A stretch of DNA of 63,693 nt, filler included, from Collodictyon triciliatum (GCA_043381765.1; 7 parts of 7 records of this genome joined end to end with filler, not necessarily neighbours in it), one strand, 5' to 3'. Shown: positions 1 through 24,076, counted from the first letter of the whole stretch. The notes: a model not told the origin generated them from the letters alone. Made by a program: numbers and translations.

Positions 1-270
1 TTTTTTGTTTGTTTGTTTGTTTGTTTGTTTGTTTGTTTGTTTGTTTGTTTGTTTGTTTGTTTGTTTGTTTGTTTGTTTGTTTGTTTGTTTGTTTGTTTGA
101 TTTGTTTGTTTGATTTGTTTGTTTGATTTGTTTGTTTGATTGATTTGTTTGATTGATTTGTTTGATTGATTTGTTTGATTTATTTATTTGTTTGATTTGT
201 TTGATTTGTTTGATTTGTTTGATTTGTTTGATTTGTTTGATTTTTGATGATTTGCTTGATTTGTTTGATT
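1..270. repeat. (TTTG)n grading into (TTGATTTGT)n microsatellite in an SF3B3 intron
   Basis: Direct reading. Confidence 0.95.
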
Positions 271-279
271 TGGCAGAAC

Positions 280-3200
280 CTTCACAGGGAAGTAGTAGGA
301 GCGGTAAGAGATATGGTCGCGTCCGCACAAAGAAGAGTGTTTGCTTCGCATGTGCATCTCCAGGTGTGTAAAGAAGTCGACGTCTTCGCGGGAGGTAAAT
401 GGCAAGAATGCACCAACCTAATTGTATTTTCATTTATTTTTTTTTTTGTAGTTGTTTTATTCTCTTGTTCATTTTATCTTTTATCAATGCGATATATCTC
501 TTAGCTTCTCTTTCTCTTCATTTTACTTTCTCTCTTCTTTTCTTTTTTTTCTTTTTTTTCTTTTTTTTTTTTTTGCAGAAAAGCTATTTCCCTTCTTTAT
601 TTTATAAATTGTTTTTTTTTAAAAAAAAAGAATGAAAAATGAAATTTATTGATGAAGATGAAATAATTTTTCAAATAAATGTAAACCGCGCCGTGGATTG
701 TGGTGTATATGATTGCTTCGAGTGAACCAGGTTGCAGCGACGCCTTCGTGATGCTTGTGATTACTTCTCCCACGTGGAATTGAATGAGCTCGTCCAACTA
801 AAGCCATGCAAAGTCAATTTCCTTCTTGTTTTTCTGAAACCAACATATGGTTGAACAATTAAATGACGGCAAAATGGATGGATAACTCTCCTTTTCCACG
901 AGAATAAATAAATGAATGGTTAATAAATAGATAAAGTACCATAAAAAAAATTTTTAAAAAAAAGACTTTTTGTTGTATCGTTAGCTTCATAATATACAGT
1001 TAACGATACAACACTTTTCTTTTCTTCAATAGGCAAATAACAAAACGTGGATCGAAAACCTACGCGATGAGAGGATGCACCAGTGAGCGCCTCCCATTTC
1101 GTGTGGCTGCCAGAGTCCTCTGCTCCTTCTTCGGTGGCCTCGGGCGGCAGCCGTGAGACAAAGACGTTTCCAAACTTGTCGCCTCCAACCATTGTGTCAT
1201 AGTCGAGAGGGCTGGCGGCTGGCCAAGTGGCGGAAGAAATACATGCAAATGGCGTGTGTTCAATATTAAAGTAAATATATACTATAATATACCATCAAAT
1301 ACAAATTAAATAAATACTAAGAAGGGAAAGATATGGATCGGACGCATTTTTTATATTATCTTATTTTTTATTTTATTTTTTTTACAATTTTTATAACGTG
1401 GTAATTGAAGCACAATGTTGGTTTCAACGCAAAAAGGGCATGCGGGTATATTATATGTGAATGGCGCTGTTATATTAAGAGGGAACATGAAACGCTTTGG
1501 CTGTGTGCCACTGAATGGGAAAATCGTACCAGTTATCCATCGGGGGTTCGCATCATCGGCAAAGATAACCAATTGATTTTGGTCGCGATGGTACTTGACG
1601 TAGATGAATGATTCGCTCACGTCTGTCACGATGATGCGCTCATTTTGGGTAAAGATGTTTGTGATGAAATTGGGGAAGCTCTAGGTGATTGCAGGCAAAG
1701 AGAAAAAAGTATCGAAAAAATCAGTCCATAAAATATNNNNNNNNNNNNNNNNNNNNNNNNNNNNNNNNNNNNNNNNNNNNNNNNNNNNNNNNNNNNNNNN
1801 NNNNNNNNNNNNNNNNNNNNNNNNNNNNNNNNNNNNNNNNNNNNNNNNNNNNNNNNNNNNNNNNNNNNNNNNNNNNNNNNNNNNNNNNNNNNNNNNNNNN
1901 NNNNNNNNNNNNNNNNNNNNNNNNNNNNNNNNNNNNNNNNNNNNNNNNNNNNNNNNNNNNNNNNNNNNNNNNNNNNNNNNNNNNNNNNNNNNNNNNNNNN
2001 NNNNNNNNNNNNNNNNNNNNNNNNNNNNNNNNNNNNNNNNNNNNNNNNNNNNNNNNNNNNNNNNNNNNNNNNNNNNNNNNNNNNNNNNNNNNNNNNNNNN
2101 NNNNNNNNNNNNNNNNNNNNNNNNNNNNNNNNNNNNNNNNNNNNNNNNNNNNNNNNNNNNNNNNNNNNNNNNNNNNNNNNNNNNNNNNNNNNNNNNNNNN
2201 NNNNNNNNNNNNNNNNNNNNNNNNNNNNNNNNNNNNNNNNNNNNNNNNNNNNNNNNNNNNNNNNNNNNNNNNNNNNNNNNNNNNNNNGTAGTCATTTCCG
2301 TAGTCCTGGAACATGCAGAGACACCCGCTGTGAAATAATAAATTGTTCATTCTTCATAAGATGACCAGAACAGGAGAAATTAAAAAATAAGAGCAATTTT
2401 TAAAAAAAAAAAATGCAAATGTATTCCTTGACATCTAGATTACTTATCAATTACTTTTATAATAGAAAACAAAGATTAAATTTGAAGGGGAATAACAGCT
2501 CTACCAAATAGCATTTTCATTTTCTTCCAGTTCGAGCATCGAGAGTGTGCGCAGCTATAGGTAAATGATTATTAACCGCAAACTTGCTTTATTTATTTGA
2601 TTTGGTCGTGGTAAATGTAATGGTAGAGTGTTGTCCCAGCAGACCAGTGTGGCAAAAAAAAAAAACCATGTGGAAATTTTGAACAGCAAAGAAAATTCAG
2701 AATAAAGGATGAAAATGAACCTCTGCTGGGTGCACGATTCTAATCATCGAGGCCCACACGTTCTGCCCACCAGGAGGATACCCAAAAGATGTATCTTCGA
2801 GAGCACTAGGGGTTTAACAATGTAAATGAAAGGGGTAAAAGGAATTTCGAGAGAAAAAGTATACATAGGAGAAAAACACTCCGTAGCCAACTACCAAGAG
2901 ACATATTTTTGTCAAAGCGTCTTTTTTGGGTTGGTATATATTCCAGCGTTACCCATCCTTCATGTGCTTTGCATCGAGCTCTGCGGACTGGGCTAGGCGA
3001 TCTACTGAGGAATTGGTGTTGTGATCGCTTTCGAGAATGATGAGGTTTTTTGTGGATGGATGCACAATCAAGCGGCGGGGTGTGTAAGTCAGGGGCAAGA
3101 CTTGCTGGTTGAAGACTTCGTTTAGATTATCGACAGTGATGACCCTGCACGTAATCCCCAAAAAAAAAAAAATTATTTATATATGAAACCCGAGTAGAAA

Positions 3201-5449
3201 CCAAATGTAAAGGCACGAAAATAACCTTTTTTTTCTTTTTTTTTTTTTCATTATTGGTGGATAATATTTTTTTGCATGCAATTTATCATAGCAAAGAAAA
3301 TTTGTCAGTATGAGAGTTAATCGAGAAAAGAAGGGTATTGAGGTGTTTTTTTTTTTAAAAAAAAAAAAAAAGTTACACACTTCAACNNNNNNNNNNNNNN
3401 NNNNNNNNNNNNNNNNNNNNNNNNNNNNNNNNNNNNNNNNNNNNNNNNNNNNNNNNNNNNNNNNNNNNNNNNNNNNNNNNNNNNNNAAAGAAATAAAAAT
3501 AAAATAAAACCAAAAAAAAAAAAAAAAAAAAATTATTTATATATGAAACCCGAGTAGAAACCAAATGTAAAGGCACGAAAATAACCTTTTTTTTTTCTTT
3601 TTTTTTTTCATTATTGGTGGATAATATTTTTTTGCATGCAATTTATCATAGCAAAGCAAATTTGTCAGTATGAGAGTTAATCGAGAAAAGAAGGGTATTG
3701 AGGTGTTTTTTTTTTAAAAAAAAAGTTACACACTTCAACACGGGTCCTGAAACAGCCACAAATCCATCGACAGCAGGCTCTGAACGGAATGGTGAGGCAA
3801 AATCAACTGTGTCGAGCGAAAGTGGTGTGATGGAGAGGCGATTGTCGAGTGTGTGACACAGCCATGGGCGTGTGGAGAGTGCCAACATTCCTGGCGAGTC
3901 ACGGACTTGAACGCGGATGAGTCGGACTCCTTTAGAGCCCAGGAATCTGTGAAGGTTTGAATCATGAGTTTTGTTCTAGGTGGGTGTATAGGATGACGGT
4001 AGACTGACAATCTTAAATTCGAAATCTTTAATCTTCAAGTAATACAATTTTGGGGGAAGCATCATATGTGTGATGCATAATCGAATCAATAGTGATTTGG
4101 TGTCATTTAGTGAAGGTCAAGACCTTTGTCTATTATCCATAAGTTGGCCAGTTGAGCTGTCCACAATGGCGCGGAATAAAACACCGTTTGAGAGGCCGAT
4201 ATTCAAGGACAGCGTCCTATAAATAAAATACGAAGAAAAAAAAAGAATAAGAATATAAGGGCAGGCGACTTAAGAAAGTGTTTCTTTTATATCTTTCTTT
4301 AAAGAATGGAGCTTGGGGAAACTTGATTCTGATGGAAATTGCAGGTGGTAGAGTGACGATGGTTACAACGCATACCGTGCAGATTGCTCAGGGCCTTTCC
4401 CAGAAACGTCAAGAATGCAGATCGATTCAACCTGAGAGCGAAGCACCTGTGTGCTGAGAGTGGCCAGGCTGGAGCCAGGAACAGTAGACAGAATGTGCAC
4501 TGTCTCATCCCATTTTCCAACAGCCTATAGAACACAAACATGGATATTGCTTTGAATTGAATCATAGATTTTCATAGAGGGCATGTTTCTGAAAACATAA
4601 AGTGCCGCGTATTGATTATGGGTACCATGAACCGGGCTATTTTTTCTCCTTGGAAAAGCGGAGCAATATCGATGCAGCTGATTTCAGTTCCTACATTTAC
4701 AGTCTCGGGCTCACCACGTTGAATATTTTCCAGTGTAAAGTATGCAATTTCGCCTCCATTAAGACCGAGAACAAGCTATTTGAGAAAAGACAACGAAAAG
4801 AAGTGAAAGACATTGGTTAGGGCCGTAGCATTACATAATTTGTAAATCTACCTCCATCGAAGTTTGAAGCATTTCACGATTATTATTTTTATATTTTTGA
4901 AGGATGTTACGTGATCGTATAAGGTGAGTCAGTTATGAAAGTGTGTGTATGAATTTATTTCTGTTTTTCTTTTTTTTTCTTTGTGTGACGATTTGGAAAT
5001 AAAAGCAGGGGAAATAGGATATGGTTAATGTAAATTACCTGATGCTCATTCATAGCAGCGCATACGACCTGCTTTCGCCCAGGAGTTTTCCAGTCGAAAT
5101 CACGCAAGTCTGGATTAATGCGGCGAAATCCATTCGGATGCACCTAGGGAATGGTTCGGTGATTAGAGGAATATCAACCAAGCTCTGCTTCACTCAATCA
5201 TAGCAGAAACAAATGTCACAAATCGGTATGCGCTTGAATTTTACACAAGAAATCATTCAAATACTTGGATAATTGCTGAGTTGGCCATCACACCGACGAG
5301 GATGGTTGTTGATGATGTAACGAATTTATTTTCACTTGGTGGTAACTCCTCCACACTCTCTCCAACTTGAAGAACAGTTGTGGAATTTTGCAGAGAGACA
5401 ACAATGTAGCTATGGTAGTCATCTATGTTGAGAAGATTTAAACTCATTA

Positions 5450-5532
<83 letters not shown>

Positions 5533-7086
5533 TATGATTGCCAAAAGAAGATTTAAAATTGTATTGAATCTTGCGACTGTGATACAATTTTATTGGACTT
5601 CTAGAAAAAAATAGTTCATGAAAGCTAGAAATAAATGCTTTAAGCTTTGAATGAAAAATCAGTATTACAATACCAGTGATCAATCTTCTAATGGCCCAGA
5701 TTCCTCGGCTTTTCCCAGGAAGACCAGAGCTCGCAATAGTATTAACAGATAATCCATAGCGGAGGACGCGCAAAGAGGAACGACTGGAACGACCGCAGAG
5801 GGAATAGATTTGTGATGAATTCTCATTAGCCAAGTCTCCGATCTACACAGTATTTGTAAGTTAGTATCACGACATGACGTCCGTGGCTTACATGAAACAA
5901 ACCAAGCTGAACGCATCGAATGTGAATGTAAATGTTAGTGTAATGTATTTACAAACATGAGAATCAATCAAGGGACACAAGCTTTCTTGCGTATGTGTCG
6001 GCTCCAAATTGAGCAGCGGGCGTGGGGTGAATTCCAATAGGGAGCCCTCGGCAGCGTGCGAGTCGCTGTTTGTCTCTGGAGATTCATCATCATCACCGAT
6101 TCCGTTGAACGAGTAAAGGTTGCTGGATTAAGACATTTAGGTGAGATAATACATGGAATAAAATAAAGTTACATCAACTCTAGACAAAGGCAATACTAAT
6201 TACATATCAAACAAGTAAATATAAGAGGTAAGTGGAAAATTTTCAAAAACTGTAACAAATCATTACTGGTCCCCAAATTCAGATGCCGAGAACAAGTGTC
6301 CACTTTTCAAGATACAAAGCGAAATTGATGTCGGAATCGAATCAAAGAGCTTAATGTTCAGACGGCGAACTTCATTGCTTTCATGGTCGAGTGTAACCTT
6401 GTAGACGTCACCGTATTCGCTTTGGCACAGGAAGAAGAACATGTCCTGCGTTTATGCACCCAAATCCAGTTAGTGATGAAAAGGATGCGTAATACGATAG
6501 GATGAGGCCGCGCATCATAGTGAATAGTACTAGTTTAAGTATCCATCGGCATCATATGTCTTGTTCTTCGTTGTATGTGTGCTTGAAAATCGTGATTTTT
6601 TCAATCTCTTTTTCTCTCTCACCTTCTTCTTGAACGTCGAAGAACTGACTATCAAAACGGACTTTTCTAGGCTGAGGCTGCAGCGTCTATAAAAATGTGT
6701 AAGTTAAACTGGTATGGACATTGTTTCTAATCGAAAGCTGAAGTGTTTTCAAGGAGAGATGTGATTGAAAATGGAGTCAAAAATGGGTATATGACAACAC
6801 ATTATTAATTATTTTGCGTGTGTGATGTAGTGTGGCGTGAAATTTTCTTGCATATATGAATGTAGATGGATATGAAAGAAAGATATATGCTACCGTACCG
6901 AGGAATAGCAGCTCTTAGTGGATCACTGCCGATGCGGGTGTAATAAATGAAATTTTCTGCACATACCAGGACTCCGCCAGGGCCATCACTTCCACCAGGA
7001 ACTGTCAATGAAGGACAAATCATATTTTTTTCATTCATTAGAAAGCAGTGTGTTGTAAGTCTTGTGTAAAAAAAAAAAAAAAAAAA

Positions 7087-7142
<56 letters not shown>

Positions 7143-8623
7143 AGGAATAAATGAGTTAGTGATTGCATCATGTGTATGTTGCTTCAAAATGAAGACCTTG
7201 AATTAAAAGGTTGGACGTTCGGTCTACAACATCTGAATGCTTCCTGACCACGTGATTCAGGCCAAGATCAAGTTCGTAATATGTAAGTTGCTGTAGACGG
7301 AAATATACATAAAAAAATTTAAACCCCCGTGTCAGTAAACCAAGAGTAGTTTATATGAGGCAAAGCAGAAATTATAAATAAGAATACAATTATACTACGG
7401 TTGTGTTCAGTCATGTTTTGAGAAGGTTGCTATAGAAAAAAGTCCACCATCTCCACGTTTTCGAGAGCCTCTCCGCTCGGGTCGCTGTCCACGTCGCTGG
7501 TGTCTACTTCAAGGCAGGCAAACTGCGGATTTTCAAATCCCACATCCACGCCAATCATGGAGAAGAGTACTGTGTGATTTTTGTGAGCCTCCAAAGGCGA
7601 CGAAATCGTCAATCGGGTGGCCGCATCACGATTCATCACATACACAAACTTCTGCTTCTCAATAGCTCCTGTAATTAAAAAAAAAAAGGCAACAGATAAG
7701 TGAATGCTTGTATGCGAAAAGCTTGGTTGTGAAACGAGTATATGCACAATAGAATCAACTAATGCTGATCAGTCAAAAGAGGAGGAGGTTATGGGTGTGT
7801 GCTGATGTTAGTAAGTAAAGCAAAACCTATCATTATGGCACGTCCCTTGGGATCGCTTGCCATGTATTGCCCAGGGACGATTCTTCTGCACCCAGTCTTG
7901 CCAAACGTCTCCTCATGCTCCTTGCGAAACATGTTTTTGCCCGGGATGTACTCCAAAATGACGATTTTGCCAGAGTCGGAGCCAACCACAATATAATCCT
8001 ATGTTGGTTATAGTTGCCCGAGTGTGTGAAACATTGATGGTGAGAAACACTCATTATCGTAAGAATATCGACTTTGTGTGTATCATTATCATCAATTAGA
8101 TACAGAGAACTCATGTATGGTTCCGATGATAAAATTATTGCTTTCGGGACTATCGAAATGGGACAATGCTTGTATGATGAAAACAAAACAAGAATAATTA
8201 TGACGATAATCAAACAAGGAAGGACTAATATTTGACGAATACTTTAATCTTAAGAAAAAGAAAATAGTTGCTTTAAAAGGAATACAGGAATTTAGAATTC
8301 TTCATATAACGGAAATGAGCTATCTAGAGCGCAGAACAAAGGAAAGTGATATCTTTCTATCATACGTATATAGAATAAAAAGATATCAGATAGCTGCAAA
8401 CCTTGGAGGCACCAGTTAGTCGGAAGGCCGCAATCGATCGGATCACGCCGAAAACGTCAGCGGAAATGACTGTTTGGAGACGCTTGGACTCGTCCAGACG
8501 CAAAAGCTCCAAAATATGGCCGCGCGCAAGAGCGATCTCCTGCGTCTTTGCGCCGGAAAAGTTTCCGCAGACGGCGATTCCAATGGCCGTTGGCTTCTGA
8601 AGAGTCAAATGGTACAGATGCAT
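280..8623 (-). CDS. SF3B3: Splicing factor 3B subunit 3 (SAP130/Rse1), about 22 exons, 3'-partial (continues left of the window; some exons lost in gap 1737-2287)
   Basis: ATG at 8623 ([14 protein letters not shown]...). Hand-spliced exons with GT-AG ends give continuous SF3B3 motifs: [118 protein letters not shown]. Confidence 0.97.
5449..5528. repeat. (AAAG)n microsatellite, SF3B3 intron
   Basis: Direct reading. Confidence 0.95.
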
Positions 8624-9466
8624 TTCTCGCCTGCCAATGAGTGGTGGGCATATGAGTCTGAGGGGGGGCTTTGTTGCGGTGAAATGACAAAAAAAAGAAG
8701 AAAAAAAAAAGGCTGGAGAAGCTAAGACAAACAAAGGGCTTTGGGATCGGAAGAAAACACAGCAAAAGGGAAAAAAAAAGTGGCGCAACTTCTAGAAAGC
8801 AGAAATGATTGTCTTCTTAATTTTCTTTTTCTTTTTCTTTTTCTTTTTTTGATGTTTCTTGAGGTAAAGTGTTTCTTAAAAGGGGCAAATAACTCCATCT
8901 TTAGCAACCTAAAGTGACCCACGGCAGGCTTCTTAAAGGTTATATCAAGTTAATCTTCACGATGAGTTAGAAATATTTTTGCAGTAACTTAAACGCAAGT
9001 TCGCATTGATAGGAAAAGGCTGTGTTTAAAAGCAGAGGAAGGATGAGGAAATAAGCGCATCTTTTTTTCTTTTCTTTTTAAAAAAATCCTCCGAGCTTAA
9101 ATGAAGAATGTTTACTGTGAACCGCGTAAATCTTTGTCTCTTGTTTTCACGTTTTTTTCTTCTTTTTGTTTTTTCCTTTTTTTCCTTTTTTTCCTTTTTT
9201 TCCCTTTTTTCTTTTCTTTTTCAAGCAGGGATTTCGGATTGCGATTGATCAAAGCGAGAGTCGAAGTTGTGGTGAATAACGTTAAGGCGCTCCGCTATGC
9301 CACGCTATTGGCTGCTATCAACACTAGCTTGCCAGCTACATACCAAATATATGGTACTTTCAGTACGGTGTATTTATTCTTAAAATCTTTTTTTTCTTAG
9401 TCTTTTTTCTTTTTTCTTCTTTAATGCCAATTGTGATTCTGGAAGCTACCAAATCCACACAAATAT

Positions 9467-12400
9467 TCAAGCAGGCGTTTTCTCCATCAAAAAGGCAACG
9501 ACTCGCTCCCTTTCAAGCTCCTCGATTTTGTCATGCGAATAGTTCAAGACCTCCAAAAGTATATCTCTGGTGTGTTGCCCCAACAATGGCGGAGGCTTCG
9601 TGGATGTCAAACTGTGTTCTCCGAATCGGATGGGATTTGCCACTGCCGGACACGAGCCTGCAGCTTGGTGGGGAATCTGAACGAATGATACGATATTAAA
9701 TGATTGGAGAGAATGGCTCGCTTTGGACCTCAGACACCCTGTGCGCTTATATGCGCTTGCTTCTTGGTGTTGAGCAAAGATTCGAATAGAATTTTCCTTT
9801 TATTTTCTTTTGTTTTCTTTTGTTTTCTTTTATTTTCTTTTATTTTCTTTTATTTTCTTTTATTTTCTTTTATTTTCTTTTATTTTCTTTTATTTTATGT
9901 ATAATGTACATTTTATTTTTAAAAAACATACCATTCTCAGCAAGTTTCTATAGCGGACCTGACAAAGAAAAACTCACATAAGATTGCGATGAATTATTAT
10001 TTCGCATGCCATATTATATGTGGTTTGGATGAGCACAAGTATGAAGACCTGAGGTTCTTGGAAGACTTCGTGCATGTTGTTCACTTTCGAGCACGGAACG
10101 CCAACATTTGCAAGTTGCTGCAACCATTCTCCAACAGTCTTTGATTTGAGAGGATTTGATATTAAACTCATCAGCGAAGTCCTATTTCTACACGGTTCAA
10201 TCGCATTTAAGATAAGTTTGACGTTATCGTATCTACGGCTCTGGTTTTTATGTATTATATGACTGAATATATTTTACTCCGGTTTGGTAAAGAGATATAA
10301 AGTTTTGCCTTCACATTTATTTCTAAAAAAAAATAATAATAATACAATAATGGTGTCTCAATACCTTACACGGCTTTCATTGGTCGAAAATCGGGCATCA
10401 TGGTTCAAATTGCTACACCCAGCCAAGAGACAAAATTTACGAAACTGTGTTCCAATAAAATTATCAAAAAATAAATAAATAAAAATATATATAAAACGAA
10501 TGAACATCGCCAACTGGAGCAATCATAATTTTCTGATAAATGCTTTTTTTTAAAAAAAAAAAATCCATCACATCAATACACCCAACCTGTTCATCATTTC
10601 CAACAGCAATAATGAAAAATCCATCTTTGGCCTCAACAACATCATAAGGAGTTATGTTTGGGTGGGAGTTTCCAAGTCTTTGTGGCGAAATCCCACTTGC
10701 AAGGAAATTGAATGCCTGTTTCATTCCGGCCAGTACGGAGGAGAAAATTGATTACAATCGGAATATGATAAAAGTGATAACAAGGTTACATTTAAATCGC
10801 TATGCATTTTCTAATCACTTGATTTGCCATCGAAGCCACAGACACATCCAAAAGGGACATGTCAATGTGCTGCCCATCACCAGTCCTCATTTTATGTATT
10901 AAGGCAGACTGAATAGCATTTGAAGCGTACAAACCGGTTAAAATGTCACAAACTAGTATATGATTAACAATAAATCAATGTTTATTCGTTTCAAATTTTA
11001 ATTTTTGTAAAAAGAAGCACGTGTGCAAACACCTTGAATAAGGAAACAATACCTGCCACGCCAACTTTCATCGGTGATCCGTTTTTCTCTCCTGTCACAG
11101 ACATCATGCCTGACATACCCTTTCATTAATTTTTTTTTAAAAAAAAAAATAAAAGGGCTTAATAATCTGCAAAATAATGGCCTCAAACTCATGTACTTAT
11201 CAAATACATATACTTTCGAATTTTCTCGGCAAGACGAAATTATACTTGTATCATAAAGTCGTACCCGGCCTCTTCTTTTCGAGGCCCAGTTTGGCCAAAT
11301 CCCGTTATTGAGCAATAAATCAAACCTATCGAGAAAAAAGCACACAATAAACTCTATGTTTGAAGAAATAAAGAAGATGACCTTGGTTTTACTGGCTTGA
11401 GCAATCGAACTCCATCATATTACACTGAATACTTACCCCTATTTTCCCATAATTCGGAAAATGAAGGGAAAAAAAGAAAGGAAGGCATTACCTTTATTAA
11501 TGGAAGCCAAGTCACTATAACCCAGTCCATACTTTGATAGGCTCCCAACTTTATAATTCTCAACAAGGATGTCTGATTTTTCTGCCAACGAACGGATTAT
11601 CTAAAAAGATCGACAATATGTGAATAAAATAAAATATTGAGTGCAAAATAAAGTATTGAAATCGAATTATTAAGTTTTTGAATTCGAGTGATTCTCAATC
11701 ATCTGGTCGATCGTTAAAAATTTTTTTGTCGGAACCCCATATTTACTTGTTGTCCTTTAGAGTTGGATATGTCTACAGCAAGAGACTTTTTTCCTCTGTT
11801 CGCCTTAAAAATAAAAAACTGTAATTAGGATTCATCGGTGATGCTGTATTAATATAAAATATATATTGAAGGTGCTTCATATGTATGTGCATAACCCAAA
11901 CAGATAGGAAATAGGCTGACTCTTTCGTGTCTACACCGTTCTGGTCCTTTGATGTATCATGCGATGCATTTAAAAATTGAAAATATATACTATTAGGATT
12001 TTACTTCACTTCGTATTGACGACTCAGGAGATATGTGTGAAATGAGTTTAAAATAACAATATAATTTTTTTTAAAATATATCGAGTTTACTTTGGTTTGG
12101 GTGTTTAGAAAAATTACTGCGCTTGCCTTCATCAATATGCATAATTGAGGAGAGACGAAAAAAAAGTTTTTTGAACCTTCAAATAAGGTGGACCCCATTT
12201 CCGAGTGTCATCTCCTTGCCCAGGTTTTTCTATCTTGATGACATCTGCACCTAAGTCAGCCAAAAGTTGCGTACACCATGGTCCTAAGTGTTTATTAATA
12301 TATCATTCTATTTTATTTTTTGTTCAAGCAATATTTCCCAAACCATAAAATCAATCGGTTTTCTTCCTCTCATCATTGATGTGATTGTGGGAAAGAAATA

Positions 12401-12910
12401 AAAAAAATTCGTTTTTGTCCACACATTTAAATTTTTTATATTGAATACATATTATATCGTCTAATGAAAATATTGGTAATGTTGATAATGAGACTAATAG
12501 ATGAGACGTATAATCGCATGAAAATAGATTTGAAATAAATCTAAAAAAGGTTCATGTTTTTTTTTCCCTTTATTCGAAAAGTGGTTTAGTAGTTATTATT
12601 CGACTTGGTGAGGTGTTTGTGATTTACCTGCCAGTACTCTGGACATGTCTAATACACGAATCCCACTCAAAGGCTACCAGAAACAAATACAAATACAAAT
12701 ATTCAAAAATTAGGAATACAATTGATAGATATATTTAACACTTCATCGATTCGTGGTAAGAAAAACATACGAAAATACTGACAAACTATCGAGATTAAAC
12801 TCTCTTCCTAGGAGTGAAGAAAATAAGGCTGGAGAGAACTAGAAAATGAAAACAGTGCGACACTCTGCCACATTTACCTTCGCGATTGCCGCTTTGATAG
12901 CCCCGGACAT
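9467..12910 (-). CDS. CoA-transferase family III (CaiB/BaiF; succinyl-CoA:glutarate CoA-transferase-like), about 13 exons, complete
   Basis: ATG 12910 [59 protein letters not shown]...ANRGKKS...VENYKVG...[14 protein letters not shown]...GYDFMIQ...[10 protein letters not shown]...[11 protein letters not shown] at 9469-9467; all introns GT-AG. Confidence 0.93.
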
Positions 12911-12991
12911 CCTGACACAGGTTTCCCAAGGCTCTGTTCTCAATTAATGATAAAAATGTAAGGTACTGATCCTCCCTAGGATCGACTAGCT

Positions 12992-13118
12992 TTTTGTTTT
13001 GTGTTGTTTTATGTTGTTGTTTTATGTTGTTGTTTTATGTTGTTGTTTTATGTTGTTGTTTTATGTTGTTGTTTTATGTTGTTGTTTTATGTTGTTGTTT
13101 TATGTTGTTGTTTTGTTT
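12992..13118. repeat. 13-bp tandem repeat (TTTTATGTTGTTG)n at scaffold end
   Basis: Direct reading. Confidence 0.9.
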
Positions 13119-13218
13119 NNNNNNNNNNNNNNNNNNNNNNNNNNNNNNNNNNNNNNNNNNNNTTAATTAATTAANNNNNNNNNNNNNNNNNNNNNNNNNN
13201 NNNNNNNNNNNNNNNNNN
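13119..13218. other. Artificial scaffold linker (N44-TTAATTAATTAA-N44)
   Basis: Six-frame stop 12-mer at 13163-13174 within 100 bp of N. Confidence 0.97.
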
Positions 13219-13318
<100 letters not shown>

Positions 13319-13537
13319 GTAAATAACAGTTGAAAAATGAAAAATATAATAATACGAAACTCTTGGAAGTCTGCATGAATCCTGACTAAACTGTTATACA
13401 CAACACAATACATATAGAGTAGCAGACAAACTTTAAGGAAAGAAATTCACAACCCAGTTTGCATTTCACAGCGGCGTAAGAAAGTTACGCCCTATTTTTT
13501 TGCACACTTTTTTTTTTGGGTTCGAATAAGCTTTGAA

Positions 13538-17300
<3,763 letters not shown>

Positions 17301-18233
17301 GTTTCAAACTATATGTAAATTGAAAAGGATAGCATATTTCCTTGTGTTTTTTCTTTATTTATTCGATCAACGATTAATTATTAATTTATTGTTTTTNNNN
17401 NNNNNNNNNNNNNNNNNNNNNNNNNNNNNNNNNNNNNNNNNNNNNNNNNNNNNNNNNNNNNNNNNNNNNNNNNNNNNNNNNNNNNNNNNNNNNNNNNNNN
17501 NNNNNNNNNNNNNNNNNNNNNNNNNNNNNNNNNNNNNNNNNNNNNNNNNNNNNNNNNNNNNNNNNNNNNNNNNNNNNNNNNNNNNNNNNNNNNNNNNNNN
17601 NNNNNNNNNNNNNNNNNNNNNNNNNNNNNNNNNNNNNNNNNNNNNNNNNNNNNNNNNNNNNNNNNNNNNNNNNNNNNNNNNNNNNNNNNNNNNNNNNNNN
17701 NNNNNNNNNNNNNNNNNNNNNNNNNNNNNNNNNNNNNNNNNNNNNNNNNNNNNNNNNNNNNNNNNNNNNNNNNNNNNNNNNNNNNNNNNNNNNNNNNNNN
17801 NNNNNNNNNNNNNNNNNNNNNNNNNNNNNNNNNNNNNNNNNNNNNNNNNNNNNNNNNNNNNNNNNNNNNNNNNNNNNNNNNNNNNNNNNNNNNNNNNNNN
17901 NNNNNNNNNNNNNNNNNNNNNNNNNNNNNNNNNNNNNNNNNNNNNNNNNNNNNNNNNNNNNNNNNNNNNNNNNNNNNNNNNNNNNNNNNNNNNNNNNNNN
18001 NNNNNNNNNNNNNNNNNNNNNNNNNNNNNNNNNNNNNNNNNNNNNNNNNNNNNNNNNNNNNNNNNNNNNNNNNNNNNNNNNNNNNNNNNNNNNNNNNNNN
18101 NNNNNNNNNNNNNNNNNNNNNNNNNNNNNNNNNNNNNNNNNNNNNNNNNNNNNNNNNNNNNNNNNNNNNNNNNNNNNNNNNNNNNNNNNNNNNNNNNNNN
18201 NNNNNNNNNNNNNNNNNNNNNNNNNNNNNNNNN

Positions 18234-24076
<5,843 letters not shown>

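Noticed and set aside
3160-3739. About 220-bp direct duplication either side of a 100-N gap in an SF3B3 intron
   Set aside because: Typical unmerged contig overlap differing mainly in homopolymer lengths (possibly two alleles); not evidence of a real repeat or transposon.
13163-13174. Recurrent palindromic TTAATTAATTAA (six copies in the window)
   Set aside because: Always centred in exactly 100 bp of linker: an artificial six-frame-stop spacer.
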